Positions 16,539-25,729 of a stretch of DNA of 32,000 nt are shown piece after piece. The DNA lies in contig MWZA01000220.1 of the NCBI GenBank assembly GCA_002050455.1, positions 1 to 32,000 of the forward strand, read 5' to 3'. The notes beneath the pieces are model-generated. The model saw only the letters and a program-made list of their open reading frames with translations, searched no databases and had not been told where the DNA came from. The stretch comes from Acidobacteria bacterium 5-1 (lineage in GTDB: Bacteria > Acidobacteriota > Blastocatellia > Pyrinomonadales > Pyrinomonadaceae). A program made the translations under genes and the position numbers. How positions within the stretch are numbered: the first letter of the stretch is position 1; every line of letters begins with the position of its first letter.

Positions 16539-17654
16539 TTATTTGACCAATTGGCGCATTGCGAGTTCTTCCGTTGCCGCTGCTACATGGTCATCGGCAT
16601 TTTGATTTTTCACCCAATCGAGCAGACCGAACAAGCCTTCTTCTAAATGCACCTTCGGCTCATAACCTAGCAGTTTTTTTGCCTTGGCAATATCGGAAAT
16701 GCAATGTCGGATGTCGCCTTCGCGGTATTTTCCAACAATCTCCGGCTCGATGTCTTTGCCAAGTCCTTTTGCCAGCATCTGCGCGATTTCCTTGACCGAA
16801 ATCGGGCGACCCGTGCCGATGTTGATTGCTTGATAGTTCGCTTTGTCGCTTTCCAGAGCCAAAAGATTTGCCTGCACGATGTCGCTGACGTGAACAAAAT
16901 CGCGCGTCTGTCCACCGTCTTCAAAAATTACCGGACTTTGATTATTCAAAAGCCGCGCCGAAAAAATCGCGCACACGCCCGTGTATGGATTAGACAATGC
17001 TTGGCGCGTACCATAAACATTAAAATAACGCAGCGCAACCGTCGGAATTTTGTAGGCGCGTCCGACGCAGATGCAATACTGTTCCTGGTCTTGCTTTGAA
17101 ACCGCGTAAACGGAAGTCGGGAAAAGCGGTTTGATTTCGCTCGTTCCAACCGGTTTCAGCGTCGAATCGCAATCTTCGCATTTCAATTCCCATTCGTGCG
17201 CGTCGAGCTGTTCATTGCCGCGCAACTGCGGATAGACGGTTTCATTGCACGAATCGCACGAATACGCGCCTTCGCCGTAAATTGACATCGAAGAAGCGAC
17301 GACTAATTTTTTGAATTGAGTCGGACGCTTTATTATTTCCTCCAGTAAAACCGCCGTTCCCAAATCGTTGGCTTTTACATAGCGGACGATTTCATACATA
17401 GATTGTCCGACACCGACTTCCGCCGCTTCGTGATAGATGACTTCGATTCCATCGAGTGCTTTTGCCACCGCGCCCGCATCGCAAACGTCGGCTTTGATAA
17501 ATTCAGCGTCTTTATTCAAAAATTCGGGAACAGTGTCGCCGTGAACTTGCCCGACCAAAGAATCCAAAATTCTGACGCGATGCCCGCGCTCAATAAGTCC
17601 ATCAACCAGATGGGACCCGATAAATCCGGCACCGCCGGTAACTAATATATTCAT
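16539..17654 (-). CDS. NAD-dependent sugar-nucleotide epimerase/dehydratase (extended SDR) with a Cys4 zinc-ribbon-like insertion
   Basis: 371 aa. GGAGFIGSHL, SSMSIYGEG, YAVSK (YxxxK). A roughly 35-aa insertion between the Ser and Tyr motifs carries C133-x2-C136 ... C159-x2-C162. Confidence 0.85.
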   Translation of the reverse strand: MNILVTGGAGFIGSHLVDGLIERGHRVRILDSLVGQVHGDTVPEFLNKDAEFIKADVCDAGAVAKALDGIEVIYHEAAEVGVGQSMYEIVRYVKANDLGTAVLLEEIIKRPTQFKKLVVASSMSIYGEGAYSCDSCNETVYPQLRGNEQLDAHEWELKCEDCDSTLKPVGTSEIKPLFPTSVYAVSKQDQEQYCICVGRAYKIPTVALRYFNVYGTRQALSNPYTGVCAIFSARLLNNQSPVIFEDGGQTRDFVHVSDIVQANLLALESDKANYQAINIGTGRPISVKEIAQMLAKGLGKDIEPEIVGKYREGDIRHCISDIAKAKKLLGYEPKVHLEEGLFGLLDWVKNQNADDHVAAATEELAMRQLVK

Positions 17655-17745
17655 TCTTAAAAATTTCCCTTAACAATGTTTTACTTAAACTTTAAATCGG
17701 ATAAGACTTTATTTTTAGCTTTTCTATAAAATTTTCTGCGATTTT

Positions 17746-18861
17746 CTATACACTCGCCGCCTGCCGCGAGTATTTTCCCTTCTTCACAACTGAGTTGAAT
17801 ATATCGAAGACTTTCGGCACAATGACTTTTGCCGAGTATTCCTGCTCAACGGTTTTACGTCCGGCTTGTCCGAGTTTGCGGCGAAGCTCGACCGAATCCA
17901 TAAGCCTTTTTAATTTTTCAATCCATTCGTCCTTGTCGGCGGCGAGAAATCCGTTTTCGCCGTCCTGGATAATTTTTGCGTTGACGCCGATTGGCGAGCA
18001 AATCGTCGGAATGCCGAGCGCCATATATTGCAGAGCTTTCAGCCCGCATTTCCCTTGACTCCACAAATCATCGGGCATCGGCATAATTCCGATGTCCATT
18101 TCCAACAAATCTTCGACCTCCGTTGCCGATTGCCAGGGAATCGCGTTCACGCTCACTTTATCCAAATCGTATTTCTTTGCGCCGATGACTTTGAAAACAA
18201 AATCTCTTTCTCTGGCTAAATCCTGAAAAACGCCGGCAACCATATCGAGATACTGCGCCGTGCTGTAACTTCCGCTCCAGCCGATGACCAATTTGTCTTT
18301 CGCGTATTCGGTTTTCGGCTGATATTTTTCAGTGTCGATCGTCGTCGGCACAATCGTTACATTTGAATTGAATTGTCTGGCATAATCCGCCAGATAATCG
18401 TTTCCAGCCATTACCCAATCAGAATGGCGGCAAATCGAGCCGGTTTTTTTCGGAAATTTAAGATGACTCAAATAGCCGTTTGAAGGGCTTTTATAAGCCA
18501 CGAAAACCGCGTCGTCAAAATCGAAAATCATCGGCACGCCGGCACGCGCAACCCGTTTTTCAAACAACGCCGGACCGAAGATTGCCGCTTCACGAAACAC
18601 ATAAACAAGGTCGAAATTCTGCAGCGAATTCATCTCGACGCGCCGGTTGTTCATATTCTGCAAAACAGTTTTCACTTTTTCCAAAGTATGACTGTCTTGA
18701 TAAAGAACTTTGTGTAACTCTTCGGTTTCAAAAGGTGAGTAGGTTATCTCGATACCATTTTGGCGCAAAATCGGTTCCCACTGTTCGAGGCGAAAACGCT
18801 GTCCCGGCGAAGTATCATAGATGCTTGGAACTATGGCAAGCAATTTAATTTTTCTGTTCAT
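17746..18861 (-). CDS. GT4-family (GT-B) glycosyltransferase
   Basis: 371 aa. C-terminal Rossmann half with GKCGLKALQYMALGIPTICSPIGVN...GENGFL. It is the intact reference copy for the fossils at 15038-15772 and 26783-27011. Confidence 0.8.
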   Translation of the reverse strand: MNRKIKLLAIVPSIYDTSPGQRFRLEQWEPILRQNGIEITYSPFETEELHKVLYQDSHTLEKVKTVLQNMNNRRVEMNSLQNFDLVYVFREAAIFGPALFEKRVARAGVPMIFDFDDAVFVAYKSPSNGYLSHLKFPKKTGSICRHSDWVMAGNDYLADYARQFNSNVTIVPTTIDTEKYQPKTEYAKDKLVIGWSGSYSTAQYLDMVAGVFQDLARERDFVFKVIGAKKYDLDKVSVNAIPWQSATEVEDLLEMDIGIMPMPDDLWSQGKCGLKALQYMALGIPTICSPIGVNAKIIQDGENGFLAADKDEWIEKLKRLMDSVELRRKLGQAGRKTVEQEYSAKVIVPKVFDIFNSVVKKGKYSRQAASV

Positions 18862-19164
18862 TTCGATAAATTCCTATACAGTTCTGATATTTTACCCCAC
18901 TAACTTTAATAAGGTCAATTTTTTGTCTGCGCTCAAACGGTTATTTACCAGTAAAATTGAAGATTCGCGCATTTCTTCAATTTTGCACAAGACTTTACGA
19001 TACCTTACCTGCACCAAAATTTTCAAACACAACACCGATTTATTCAATCTCAATGACTTCCGCGACATCACCGACATCTCAATTTGCAACAAATCGAAAC
19101 GCCGCTCGCCGAGTATTCGGTAATTTTTGTCGGCGAAGAAGCAAGTTTGGAATATTAAGGTTTA

Positions 19165-19194
19165 ACAAATAAAAGCGCGGCTGATGTTGCGCTT
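19165..19194 (-). terminator. Candidate rho-independent terminator after asnB copy 2
   Basis: The minus-strand RNA reads AAGCGC-AACAUCAGCC-GCGCUU followed by UUAUUUGUU. It lies 45 nt after the stop at 19239 and precedes a 377-bp gene-free gap. Confidence 0.45.
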
Positions 19195-19238
19195 ATAAAG
19201 CAAAGAATTTTCGGACGAATAATGTTTTTGACTAAAAA

Positions 19239-21179
19239 TCATTCTGCGAAAAGCCTCGTTTCTTCAAACCACGCTTGAAACATCAAGACCGCCCACAAAG
19301 CGTGTTGATGATTGCGCTTGCCGGACAAATGTTCCTGCCATTTTGCACTGACGGCTTGCGGATTCAAAAAACCTTCGCGCCGCAGGCGTGCCTCATCAAG
19401 CAAACCTTCTGCCCATTCGCGCAAATCGCCGCGCAGCCAACCCGCAACCGGAACGTCGAAACCCATTTTCGGTCGGTCGGTGATTTCACGCGGCACATAC
19501 TTGTTCAACAGCTTGTCTAGCAACCATTTCGCCCGCCCGTTTTTTAGTTTGAGCGCAAACGGAACACGCCAGGCAAATTCAACCACGCGGTAATCGAGAA
19601 GCGGAGCGCGGGCTTCAAGACTCACGCCCATGCTGGCGCGGTCAACCTTGACTAAAATATCGTCGGGCAGATAGACAAGCGCGTCGCGCAACATCATTCG
19701 CTCGTTGAAATTCGTCAAACCACCGAAATCAAAACCGGTTGCCACGCCGTTCAAATTCGATTTGACAACCGGCGGTTGCTGCCAAAGCGAAATTAAGTTG
19801 AGATAAAGTGCATCGTCGTCGTCGGCTTTCATATAATCGGAAAGCATTGCGAGTTTTTGTCCCAAACCGCTTCGTCTTCCCTTTTCGGTTTGCGAGCGTA
19901 AAGCAAAGTTGAGCGTGCCGTTTGATGCGGCGGCAACCGCCGCCGCCGTCGGTTCTCGCAACCAGTTAGGCACATGCCTGATTTTTTCCCACAATCTTGC
20001 CGCCAGCAAATATCTTCCGTAGCCGCAGAAAAATTCGTCGCCGCCGTCGCCCGATAAACTGACGGTTACATGTCTGCTGGCAAGCTGCGAGACCAAGAAT
20101 GTCGGAATCTGCGACGAATCGGCGAAAGGTTCATCATACAAAGTGGGCAATTTCGGAATTACATCCAGAGCTTGCCGCGAAGTAACATAAAGCTCGTGGT
20201 GGTCGGTTTTCAGATACTCGGCGATGCGCTTGGCGTGTTCGGCTTCGTTGTATTCGACTTCGTGAAAGCCAATCGTAAAAGTCTTAACCGGCTTTGAACT
20301 CTGCGCCTGCATCAGAGCGACAATAATTGACGAATCCGTGCCGCCCGACAAAAACGCGCCGAGCGGTACATCAGCCAACATTCGGCGTTTGACCGAATCA
20401 CGCATTAAAATTTCAAATTCGGCAAGAATTTCATCTTCCGAACCGTCAAGCGGATTGTTTGTTCCGTCAATCGCCGTTTGCCGCAGAGACCAGTAAACCG
20501 TCTGCTCACCGACTTCTTTTTGCTTTGTGCGAATTTTAAGCAAACAGCCAGGCGCGAGTTTTTTGACATTTTGGTAAATTGAACGAGGACCGGGAACATA
20601 CCCGAATTTGAGATAAAGCGCGAGCGATTCGCGGTCAATTTCACCGCGAAAATCTGGATGCGCGCGAAGAGCTTTCAATTCCGAACCGAAAACCAGCGTA
20701 TTGCCGAACGCGCCGTAATACAATGGCTTTTTGCCGATACGGTCACGAATCAAAGTCATTTCTTCCGTCGCCGCGTCCCAAACCGCAACGGCAAACATTC
20801 CGTTCAAACGCTTGACTGTCGGTTTAATTCCCCATTCGACAAACGCCGCGAGCATCACTTCCGTATCTGAGTGTCCGCGAAACCTGTGTCCGAGTTTTTC
20901 GAGGTCTTCGCGCAGTTCAAGAAAATTATAAATCTCGCCGTTGAAAACAAGCGTAAATCTACCGTCGCCGGATTTCATCGGCTGGTCGCCTTCAACCGAC
21001 AAATCGAGAATTGCCAGCCGCCTAAAACCCAAAGTTATGCCGCCCGCTTCGTCTGCCCACGCGCCCGCACTGTTAGGACCGCGATGATACAGCGTTGTCG
21101 CCATTTTCTCGACCGTTTCAAGCAAAAAGCCCCGTTTTGCCCGCCGACTAAAATCAATGAAACCCGTTATTCCGCACAT
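19239..21179 (-). CDS. asnB: Asparagine synthase (glutamine-hydrolysing) family amidotransferase, copy 2
   Basis: 646 aa. MCGITGF N-terminal nucleophile and PP-loop AFLSGGTDSSIIVALM. It is a clear paralogue of 8212-10095. Confidence 0.9.
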   Translation of the reverse strand: MCGITGFIDFSRRAKRGFLLETVEKMATTLYHRGPNSAGAWADEAGGITLGFRRLAILDLSVEGDQPMKSGDGRFTLVFNGEIYNFLELREDLEKLGHRFRGHSDTEVMLAAFVEWGIKPTVKRLNGMFAVAVWDAATEEMTLIRDRIGKKPLYYGAFGNTLVFGSELKALRAHPDFRGEIDRESLALYLKFGYVPGPRSIYQNVKKLAPGCLLKIRTKQKEVGEQTVYWSLRQTAIDGTNNPLDGSEDEILAEFEILMRDSVKRRMLADVPLGAFLSGGTDSSIIVALMQAQSSKPVKTFTIGFHEVEYNEAEHAKRIAEYLKTDHHELYVTSRQALDVIPKLPTLYDEPFADSSQIPTFLVSQLASRHVTVSLSGDGGDEFFCGYGRYLLAARLWEKIRHVPNWLREPTAAAVAAASNGTLNFALRSQTEKGRRSGLGQKLAMLSDYMKADDDDALYLNLISLWQQPPVVKSNLNGVATGFDFGGLTNFNERMMLRDALVYLPDDILVKVDRASMGVSLEARAPLLDYRVVEFAWRVPFALKLKNGRAKWLLDKLLNKYVPREITDRPKMGFDVPVAGWLRGDLREWAEGLLDEARLRREGFLNPQAVSAKWQEHLSGKRNHQHALWAVLMFQAWFEETRLFAE

Positions 21180-21192
21180 TTTGATTTACTAC

Positions 21193-22302
21193 TTATCCCT
21201 TAAACTGTTTTTCATATTGCGGTAAAATTTGTTCGATGGCAAAGCGTGATTGACAATTTTGGCGAATCGCTTTGGCATCCAGATTCTTTCTATCGATTAT
21301 CGCTCGATTGATTGCTTCGGCAAGCGACGCGACATTTTCATTTTCGGCAAACCAGCCGTTCACGCCCTCGGTGATGACTTCACGGTTCGCACTCGGACAA
21401 TCCGTAGCGACAACCGGCGTTCCGCACGCCAATGCCTCGACAATCACGTTTGAAAAACCTTCGTAGCGCGACGATGAAACAAACAAATCGGCTTGTTTCA
21501 GATACGGATACGGATTACTTTGGAAACCTATAAAGCGTACTCGGTCGTCGATTTTCAATTCTCGTGCCAATTTCTCTAAATTCCCCTTTTCCGAACCGTC
21601 GCCCAGGAAAGTCAAAGTCGCCTGCTCGTTTTTTTGCCGCACGACGGCAAACGCTTTGAGCAAATTATCATAGACTTTTTCAGCGGCGAGCCGACCGACC
21701 GTAACCAGATGCGGACCCGCGCCGTAGTAAAGCCGTGCCTCGTCAAAGGAAAACGTGTCAATTTGGTGAAAGTCAACCGGATTGTAAATTTGTTTTAATT
21801 TCCGCGCCGGAATCTGCATATTTTCCTTCAAATCCTCGCGCATAAAATCACTCTGGCAAATTATCGTGTCGGCAAATCCATATAGATTCTGATATATCTT
21901 GCGATAAAATCTGGCGCGCATCGGGCTTTGCCGGGCGACATCGGCAAGAAATGCCGTCGGCGAACTGCCTTCGCGCAAAACAATTCGAGTTCCTCGCGGA
22001 AAAAAAGGTTTTGCCAGCCCCGACGCGAAGTTCATTCCGAGAGTCGAGCAGACGGTTTGCGGTCTGAGCCGACGGACAATCTTCACGAGCGGCGGAATTG
22101 CGCTGCGAGCGCGTTCGGCTTTCATTTCAAAAATCTCCACGTCTTGCTTCAGGTTAGCCAAAAACACGCCGCGCCGCGCACCGAGTGCGAGAAACGGTTC
22201 GTAACGCTCACGATTCAGATGATTCAGAAGATGCAGGAAAACTCTTTCCGCGCCGCCGCCGGTCATCGTAGGTATAACGAAAAGTATTTTCTTCCTCTCC
22301 AT
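21193..22302 (-). CDS. GT4-family (GT-B) glycosyltransferase
   Basis: 369 aa. ILFVIPTMTGGGAERV at the N-terminus and E-x7-E region YEGFSNVIVEALACGTPVVATD. Confidence 0.85.
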   Translation of the reverse strand: MERKKILFVIPTMTGGGAERVFLHLLNHLNRERYEPFLALGARRGVFLANLKQDVEIFEMKAERARSAIPPLVKIVRRLRPQTVCSTLGMNFASGLAKPFFPRGTRIVLREGSSPTAFLADVARQSPMRARFYRKIYQNLYGFADTIICQSDFMREDLKENMQIPARKLKQIYNPVDFHQIDTFSFDEARLYYGAGPHLVTVGRLAAEKVYDNLLKAFAVVRQKNEQATLTFLGDGSEKGNLEKLARELKIDDRVRFIGFQSNPYPYLKQADLFVSSSRYEGFSNVIVEALACGTPVVATDCPSANREVITEGVNGWFAENENVASLAEAINRAIIDRKNLDAKAIRQNCQSRFAIEQILPQYEKQFKG

Positions 22303-22391
22303 ATAAACTAAAGTGAAACCTTCGCAGAATTTACCGCGAAACTTTAACAGTCTGGAGAAACCAGCATAAACATTCGAGGTTTAAATTTCTT

Positions 22392-23291
22392 CTATTGTTT
22401 GATATTTGCCCGACGTTTCAGCCAGCGAAGCGGAAACATTATATAACGGTTGAAATTTCCCGGTGCCAGCCAGAAACCTTTGAGCAGATGCTTGCGAAAC
22501 TGACCGTAGTTTCCTAAACGAAAATATAGGCTGGCTAATTGCGTATGCAAATTTCCGTAGGCTTTTCGACGAAATTGCAAAATGTTTTTGTCTTCTGCAT
22601 TAAAAGCCTTTTCAAAACAAATTTTCATCGAGCGTTCCATTTCTTCGGCATTAAGGCTGGAGTTTTTGCCGTGGTAACGATAATCAACCAAAATTTCACG
22701 AACAAATCCCACCTTGAATTTTCGGGCAATGCGGTAACAAAAATCCCAATCCTCACCAACTTTTAAGGCAGTATCAAATCCACCGACCGCCTCAAAAGCC
22801 TCTCGGCTAACTACAATCGTGCCACCCGGTCCGATAATAACGGTTTTATTGTAAAGTAAAAGTTCATCCCCCACCCAGCCTTCCTCGCCTTCAAGATGCA
22901 GCCGAACAGTTTCTCCGCTTTCGGTATCGAATTCGCGCATCCGGCAATGTACTAAACCTATCTGTTGGTCTTCACGGAATTTAGCAATTTGCTTTTCGAT
23001 TTTTTCGGAAAGCCAGACATCGTCGGCATCCAGAAACGCGATATAGTCGCCGCTCGATTGTTTCGCGCCATTGTTTCGCGCCGCACAAACACCGCTTTTT
23101 TCTTGTTCAATATAACAAACCTTTTCGCCGAATGCGGCGACAACTTTTTTTGTGTTGTCGGTTGAACCGTCATCAACCACAATAATTTCCGCAATCGGAT
23201 AAGTTTGCGCCAAAACGCTTTCAATCGTTTGACTTATAAAACGTGCGTAATTGTAGGTAGGGATTACAACTGAAACTGCTGGGTTCATCAT
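22392..23291 (-). CDS. GT2-family (GT-A) glycosyltransferase
   Basis: 299 aa. VSVVIPTYNYARFISQTIESVLAQTYPIAEIIVVDDGSTDNT ... YIAFLDADDVW (DxD). Confidence 0.9.
   Translation of the reverse strand: MMNPAVSVVIPTYNYARFISQTIESVLAQTYPIAEIIVVDDGSTDNTKKVVAAFGEKVCYIEQEKSGVCAARNNGAKQSSGDYIAFLDADDVWLSEKIEKQIAKFREDQQIGLVHCRMREFDTESGETVRLHLEGEEGWVGDELLLYNKTVIIGPGGTIVVSREAFEAVGGFDTALKVGEDWDFCYRIARKFKVGFVREILVDYRYHGKNSSLNAEEMERSMKICFEKAFNAEDKNILQFRRKAYGNLHTQLASLYFRLGNYGQFRKHLLKGFWLAPGNFNRYIMFPLRWLKRRANIKQ
23113..23214. repeat. 102-bp core identical to 27315-27416 (direct repeat, 4202 bp apart)
   Basis: The two stretches taacaaaccttttcgccgaatgcggcgacaactttttttgtgttgtcggttgaaccgtcatcaaccacaataatttccgcaatcggataagtttgcgccaaa are identical by eye. 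Flanking sequence (23061-23291 versus 27263-27490) is only roughly 70-80 percent similar. Confidence 0.85.
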
Positions 23292-23450
23292 TATTATTTA
23301 ACTTTAACCAATTACATTTTTTCAAATTTATGACTTGGCTGTAAAAATTAATTCCGGTGATTCAGATATTAAAAGAGAGCTTTAAAAACTCTTTTATGAA
23401 ATACAAAGATTTACGAATCAATTAATCTCTGTCGGACGTTTATTCATAAT

Positions 23451-24356
23451 TTAAGCCTTGTTAAAAGATAAAAAATCATCGTAGAGCATATTTATTCCGG
23501 CATCAAAGGATAAATTAATCTCGGGCAAATAATGTCTGATTTTTTCGTTACGTAAAAATGTTCGGTGCGGTCTCACTACGGATGATTTATTGTTTGATAA
23601 CTTCGATAGCCTGGATTCGAGAACTAAATCAGTTGACAAATCGAACTTTTCGGCGCATCGCTGCAAAAATTCAAACTTACTCATAGATTCATCAGCAGTT
23701 GCATTATAGATTTCATTGGGCGGATTAACGGTAATAAGTTGTTCAATCACTTCAGCTAACTGTCCTACATAGAGGGGATTAAAGACTACATCGGTAAAGC
23801 CGCTGATTTCTTTTCCTTGAGCCAAAGATTGATATCCCCATTCAAACAATGCCCGCCGCGCCGGACGATGAAACCCATACATATTTGTCCTCAAAATATA
23901 GTGATGATTGGATTGTTTGTTGACGGCATCTTCTCCCATAAGTTTTGTATAGGAATAATAATTTAGTGGATTAGGTTTATCGTTTTCACTGTAAGCACCA
24001 CTTTTGCCATCGAATACAGAATCGGTCGAAATATATATAAAAAGTGACTCTGAGTTTCGTTGCGCCAGTTCTTCAGTTGCGGCAATATGCATTAAGTCGG
24101 TTAAATCGTGATCTTGCTCGCATTTTTCAAGGTTAGTTAGCGCGGCGGTATGAATAATCACATCATATTCGAATGCGGAAAGTTTTTCTATGTCTTGAGA
24201 GCGCGCTAAATCGGCGGAGATATATTTATCGGCACTTATAAATGGAGAAGTATTTCTGGCGGTAGCGGTTACGTGATATAATTTTTGATGGCGAAAATGT
24301 TGAGCTATCGCCGTTCCTAACATTCCACTTGCTCCTGTCAGTAGTAAATTTTTCAT
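23451..24356 (-). CDS. RmlD-like SDR (dTDP-4-dehydrorhamnose reductase family); probable 4-keto reductase of the L-hexosamine module
   Basis: 301 aa. LLLTGASGMLGTAI and YSYTKLMGE (YxxxK). The size and lack of a long C-terminal domain are typical of the RmlD/WbvR type. Confidence 0.7.
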   Translation of the reverse strand: MKNLLLTGASGMLGTAIAQHFRHQKLYHVTATARNTSPFISADKYISADLARSQDIEKLSAFEYDVIIHTAALTNLEKCEQDHDLTDLMHIAATEELAQRNSESLFIYISTDSVFDGKSGAYSENDKPNPLNYYSYTKLMGEDAVNKQSNHHYILRTNMYGFHRPARRALFEWGYQSLAQGKEISGFTDVVFNPLYVGQLAEVIEQLITVNPPNEIYNATADESMSKFEFLQRCAEKFDLSTDLVLESRLSKLSNNKSSVVRPHRTFLRNEKIRHYLPEINLSFDAGINMLYDDFLSFNKA

Positions 24357-24433
24357 TTAAGATAGTAAAATCAGCAATCAAACTACAATATAACCAAGCC
24401 GATTTATTTGAAAAAAGCAGGTTCTAATGCCGT

Positions 24434-24445
24434 TTTAGCATAAAG
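24434..24445 (-). promoter_or_regulatory. Copy 2 of the conserved intergenic 12-mer CTTTATGCTAAA
   Basis: Exact 12-mer, about 78 nt upstream of the RmlD-like start (24356), inside a 262-bp gene-free gap. Confidence 0.4.
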
Positions 24446-24618
24446 TCGTCTCAAGTGTAAAACGCTGAAACTATCGGTAGTAGAAAAGTATTTCTTTTGT
24501 TAAAGCAGGTTAGAAACTGCCTTCATTATTATTTCTCAACTCCGGCAAAGTTTTATACTCTATCTCTACTTGATTTTGCCTGCTTCACTGAAAATTTTCC
24601 AAGCGGGAAATCTTTTGG

Positions 24619-25719
24619 CTAACTCGCGTGTTTTCTTAAACTTGTATATCCTAAAACTATTTTACTTACAGTTTGAGATACGTTTTCGTATAAATATTCA
24701 CGAGGCTTATCCCAGTCAGAAGGTTGTGAAAGAGCTAATCCGACAGCTCGAACAATTGAATCAATAGTGGCACCGCTCAATATATTACTTCCGCATTCGA
24801 TAGTTTCAGGTCGCTCTGTTACGTCGCGGAGAGTTATATTCGGAATTCCGAAAATTGTACACTCTTCCTGCACCGTCCCGCTGTCTGTTAATACAGCCAA
24901 AGCATTTTTTTCCAATTTCACAAAATCAAAAAATCCGAGCGGCTCAAGCAGCTTTATTTTATTTGAAACAGGTTTTAATCCAAATTTTAATAGTTTTTCA
25001 GAAGTTCTCGGATGAACGCTAATCAAAAGTTTTTTATCAAATTTTTCAACTATTTGAGCAAATCCGTCAAAAATCATTTTTAATCTGTCAGGAAAGTCAA
25101 CATTTTCCGTTCTATGAAGCGTTACCAAAAAATAATCAAAAGGTTTGACATCAAAATTTTCTAAAGAATTGCTCTCGTCAATCTTTGCCGCATAAATATC
25201 CAAAACTTCTTTTATCGGATTGCCGGTTACAAATATTCTTTCACGCTCTATCCCTTCATCAATCAAATTTTCTTTACTTCGCTTCGTGTATGGCAGCAAA
25301 ACAGTACTTGAATGATCTATTATTCTTCGATTAACTTCCTCCGGAACGCGATTGTCAAAACATCTGTTTCCTGCCTCCATGTGAAAAACGGGAATGCTTC
25401 GTCGCGCTGCGACTATGGCTGACAGAGCGCTGTTTGTATCGCCTAAAATCAATAATTTATCCGGCTGAATCTGTTCTAAAATTTCATCGGTTTTAGATAA
25501 GATTTGACCAATTTGGTCGCCGAAACTTTTTGACCTGATTCCAAAATGAATATCTGGAGTTCGGACTTCAAGCTCTTTTATAAATATATCGCTTAAACTT
25601 TCATCATAATTTTGTCCGGTATGAACCGTAGTATGCTCACAATGCCGGTCAAGAATTTTTAATGTAGGACTTAATCTGATTATTTCGGGGCGCGTTCCGA
25701 AAATTGTCATTACTTTCAT
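24619..25719 (-). CDS. Non-hydrolysing UDP-HexNAc 2-epimerase (WecB/FnlC/CapG family)
   Basis: MKVMTIFGTRPEIIRLSP..., HTGQNYD, DTNSAL, HMEAGNR, TDSGTVQEE. The track ORF begins at TTG 25743. ATG at 25719 gives the canonical MKVMT.FGTRPE N-terminus and leaves a 10-nt gap after the upstream stop. Confidence 0.9.
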   Translation of the reverse strand: MKVMTIFGTRPEIIRLSPTLKILDRHCEHTTVHTGQNYDESLSDIFIKELEVRTPDIHFGIRSKSFGDQIGQILSKTDEILEQIQPDKLLILGDTNSALSAIVAARRSIPVFHMEAGNRCFDNRVPEEVNRRIIDHSSTVLLPYTKRSKENLIDEGIERERIFVTGNPIKEVLDIYAAKIDESNSLENFDVKPFDYFLVTLHRTENVDFPDRLKMIFDGFAQIVEKFDKKLLISVHPRTSEKLLKFGLKPVSNKIKLLEPLGFFDFVKLEKNALAVLTDSGTVQEECTIFGIPNITLRDVTERPETIECGSNILSGATIDSIVRAVGLALSQPSDWDKPREYLYENVSQTVSKIVLGYTSLRKHAS

Positions 25720-25729
25720 TTTTAATTTA

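Noticed and set aside
22958-23224. Track ORFs 22958-23224 and 27175-27426 share a 30-aa identical peptide and could look like a duplicated small gene
   Set aside because: Both are out-of-frame readings of the GT2 5' region. The shared peptide is a consequence of the 102-bp identical DNA core, not of a real gene.
23370-23395. A/T-rich hairpin (aaaagag...ctctttt) downstream of the rmlD-like stop, as a possible terminator
   Set aside because: The stem is only A/T plus a few G/C pairs with an 11-nt loop and no clear U-tract, which is too weak to call.
24258-24265. GGCGGTAG, the 8-nt ops (RfaH/JUMPstart) core
   Set aside because: It is on the plus strand, antisense to all locus genes, and inside the rmlD-like coding region rather than in a 5' leader. 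A chance 8-mer is not unlikely in 64 kb of two-strand sequence.
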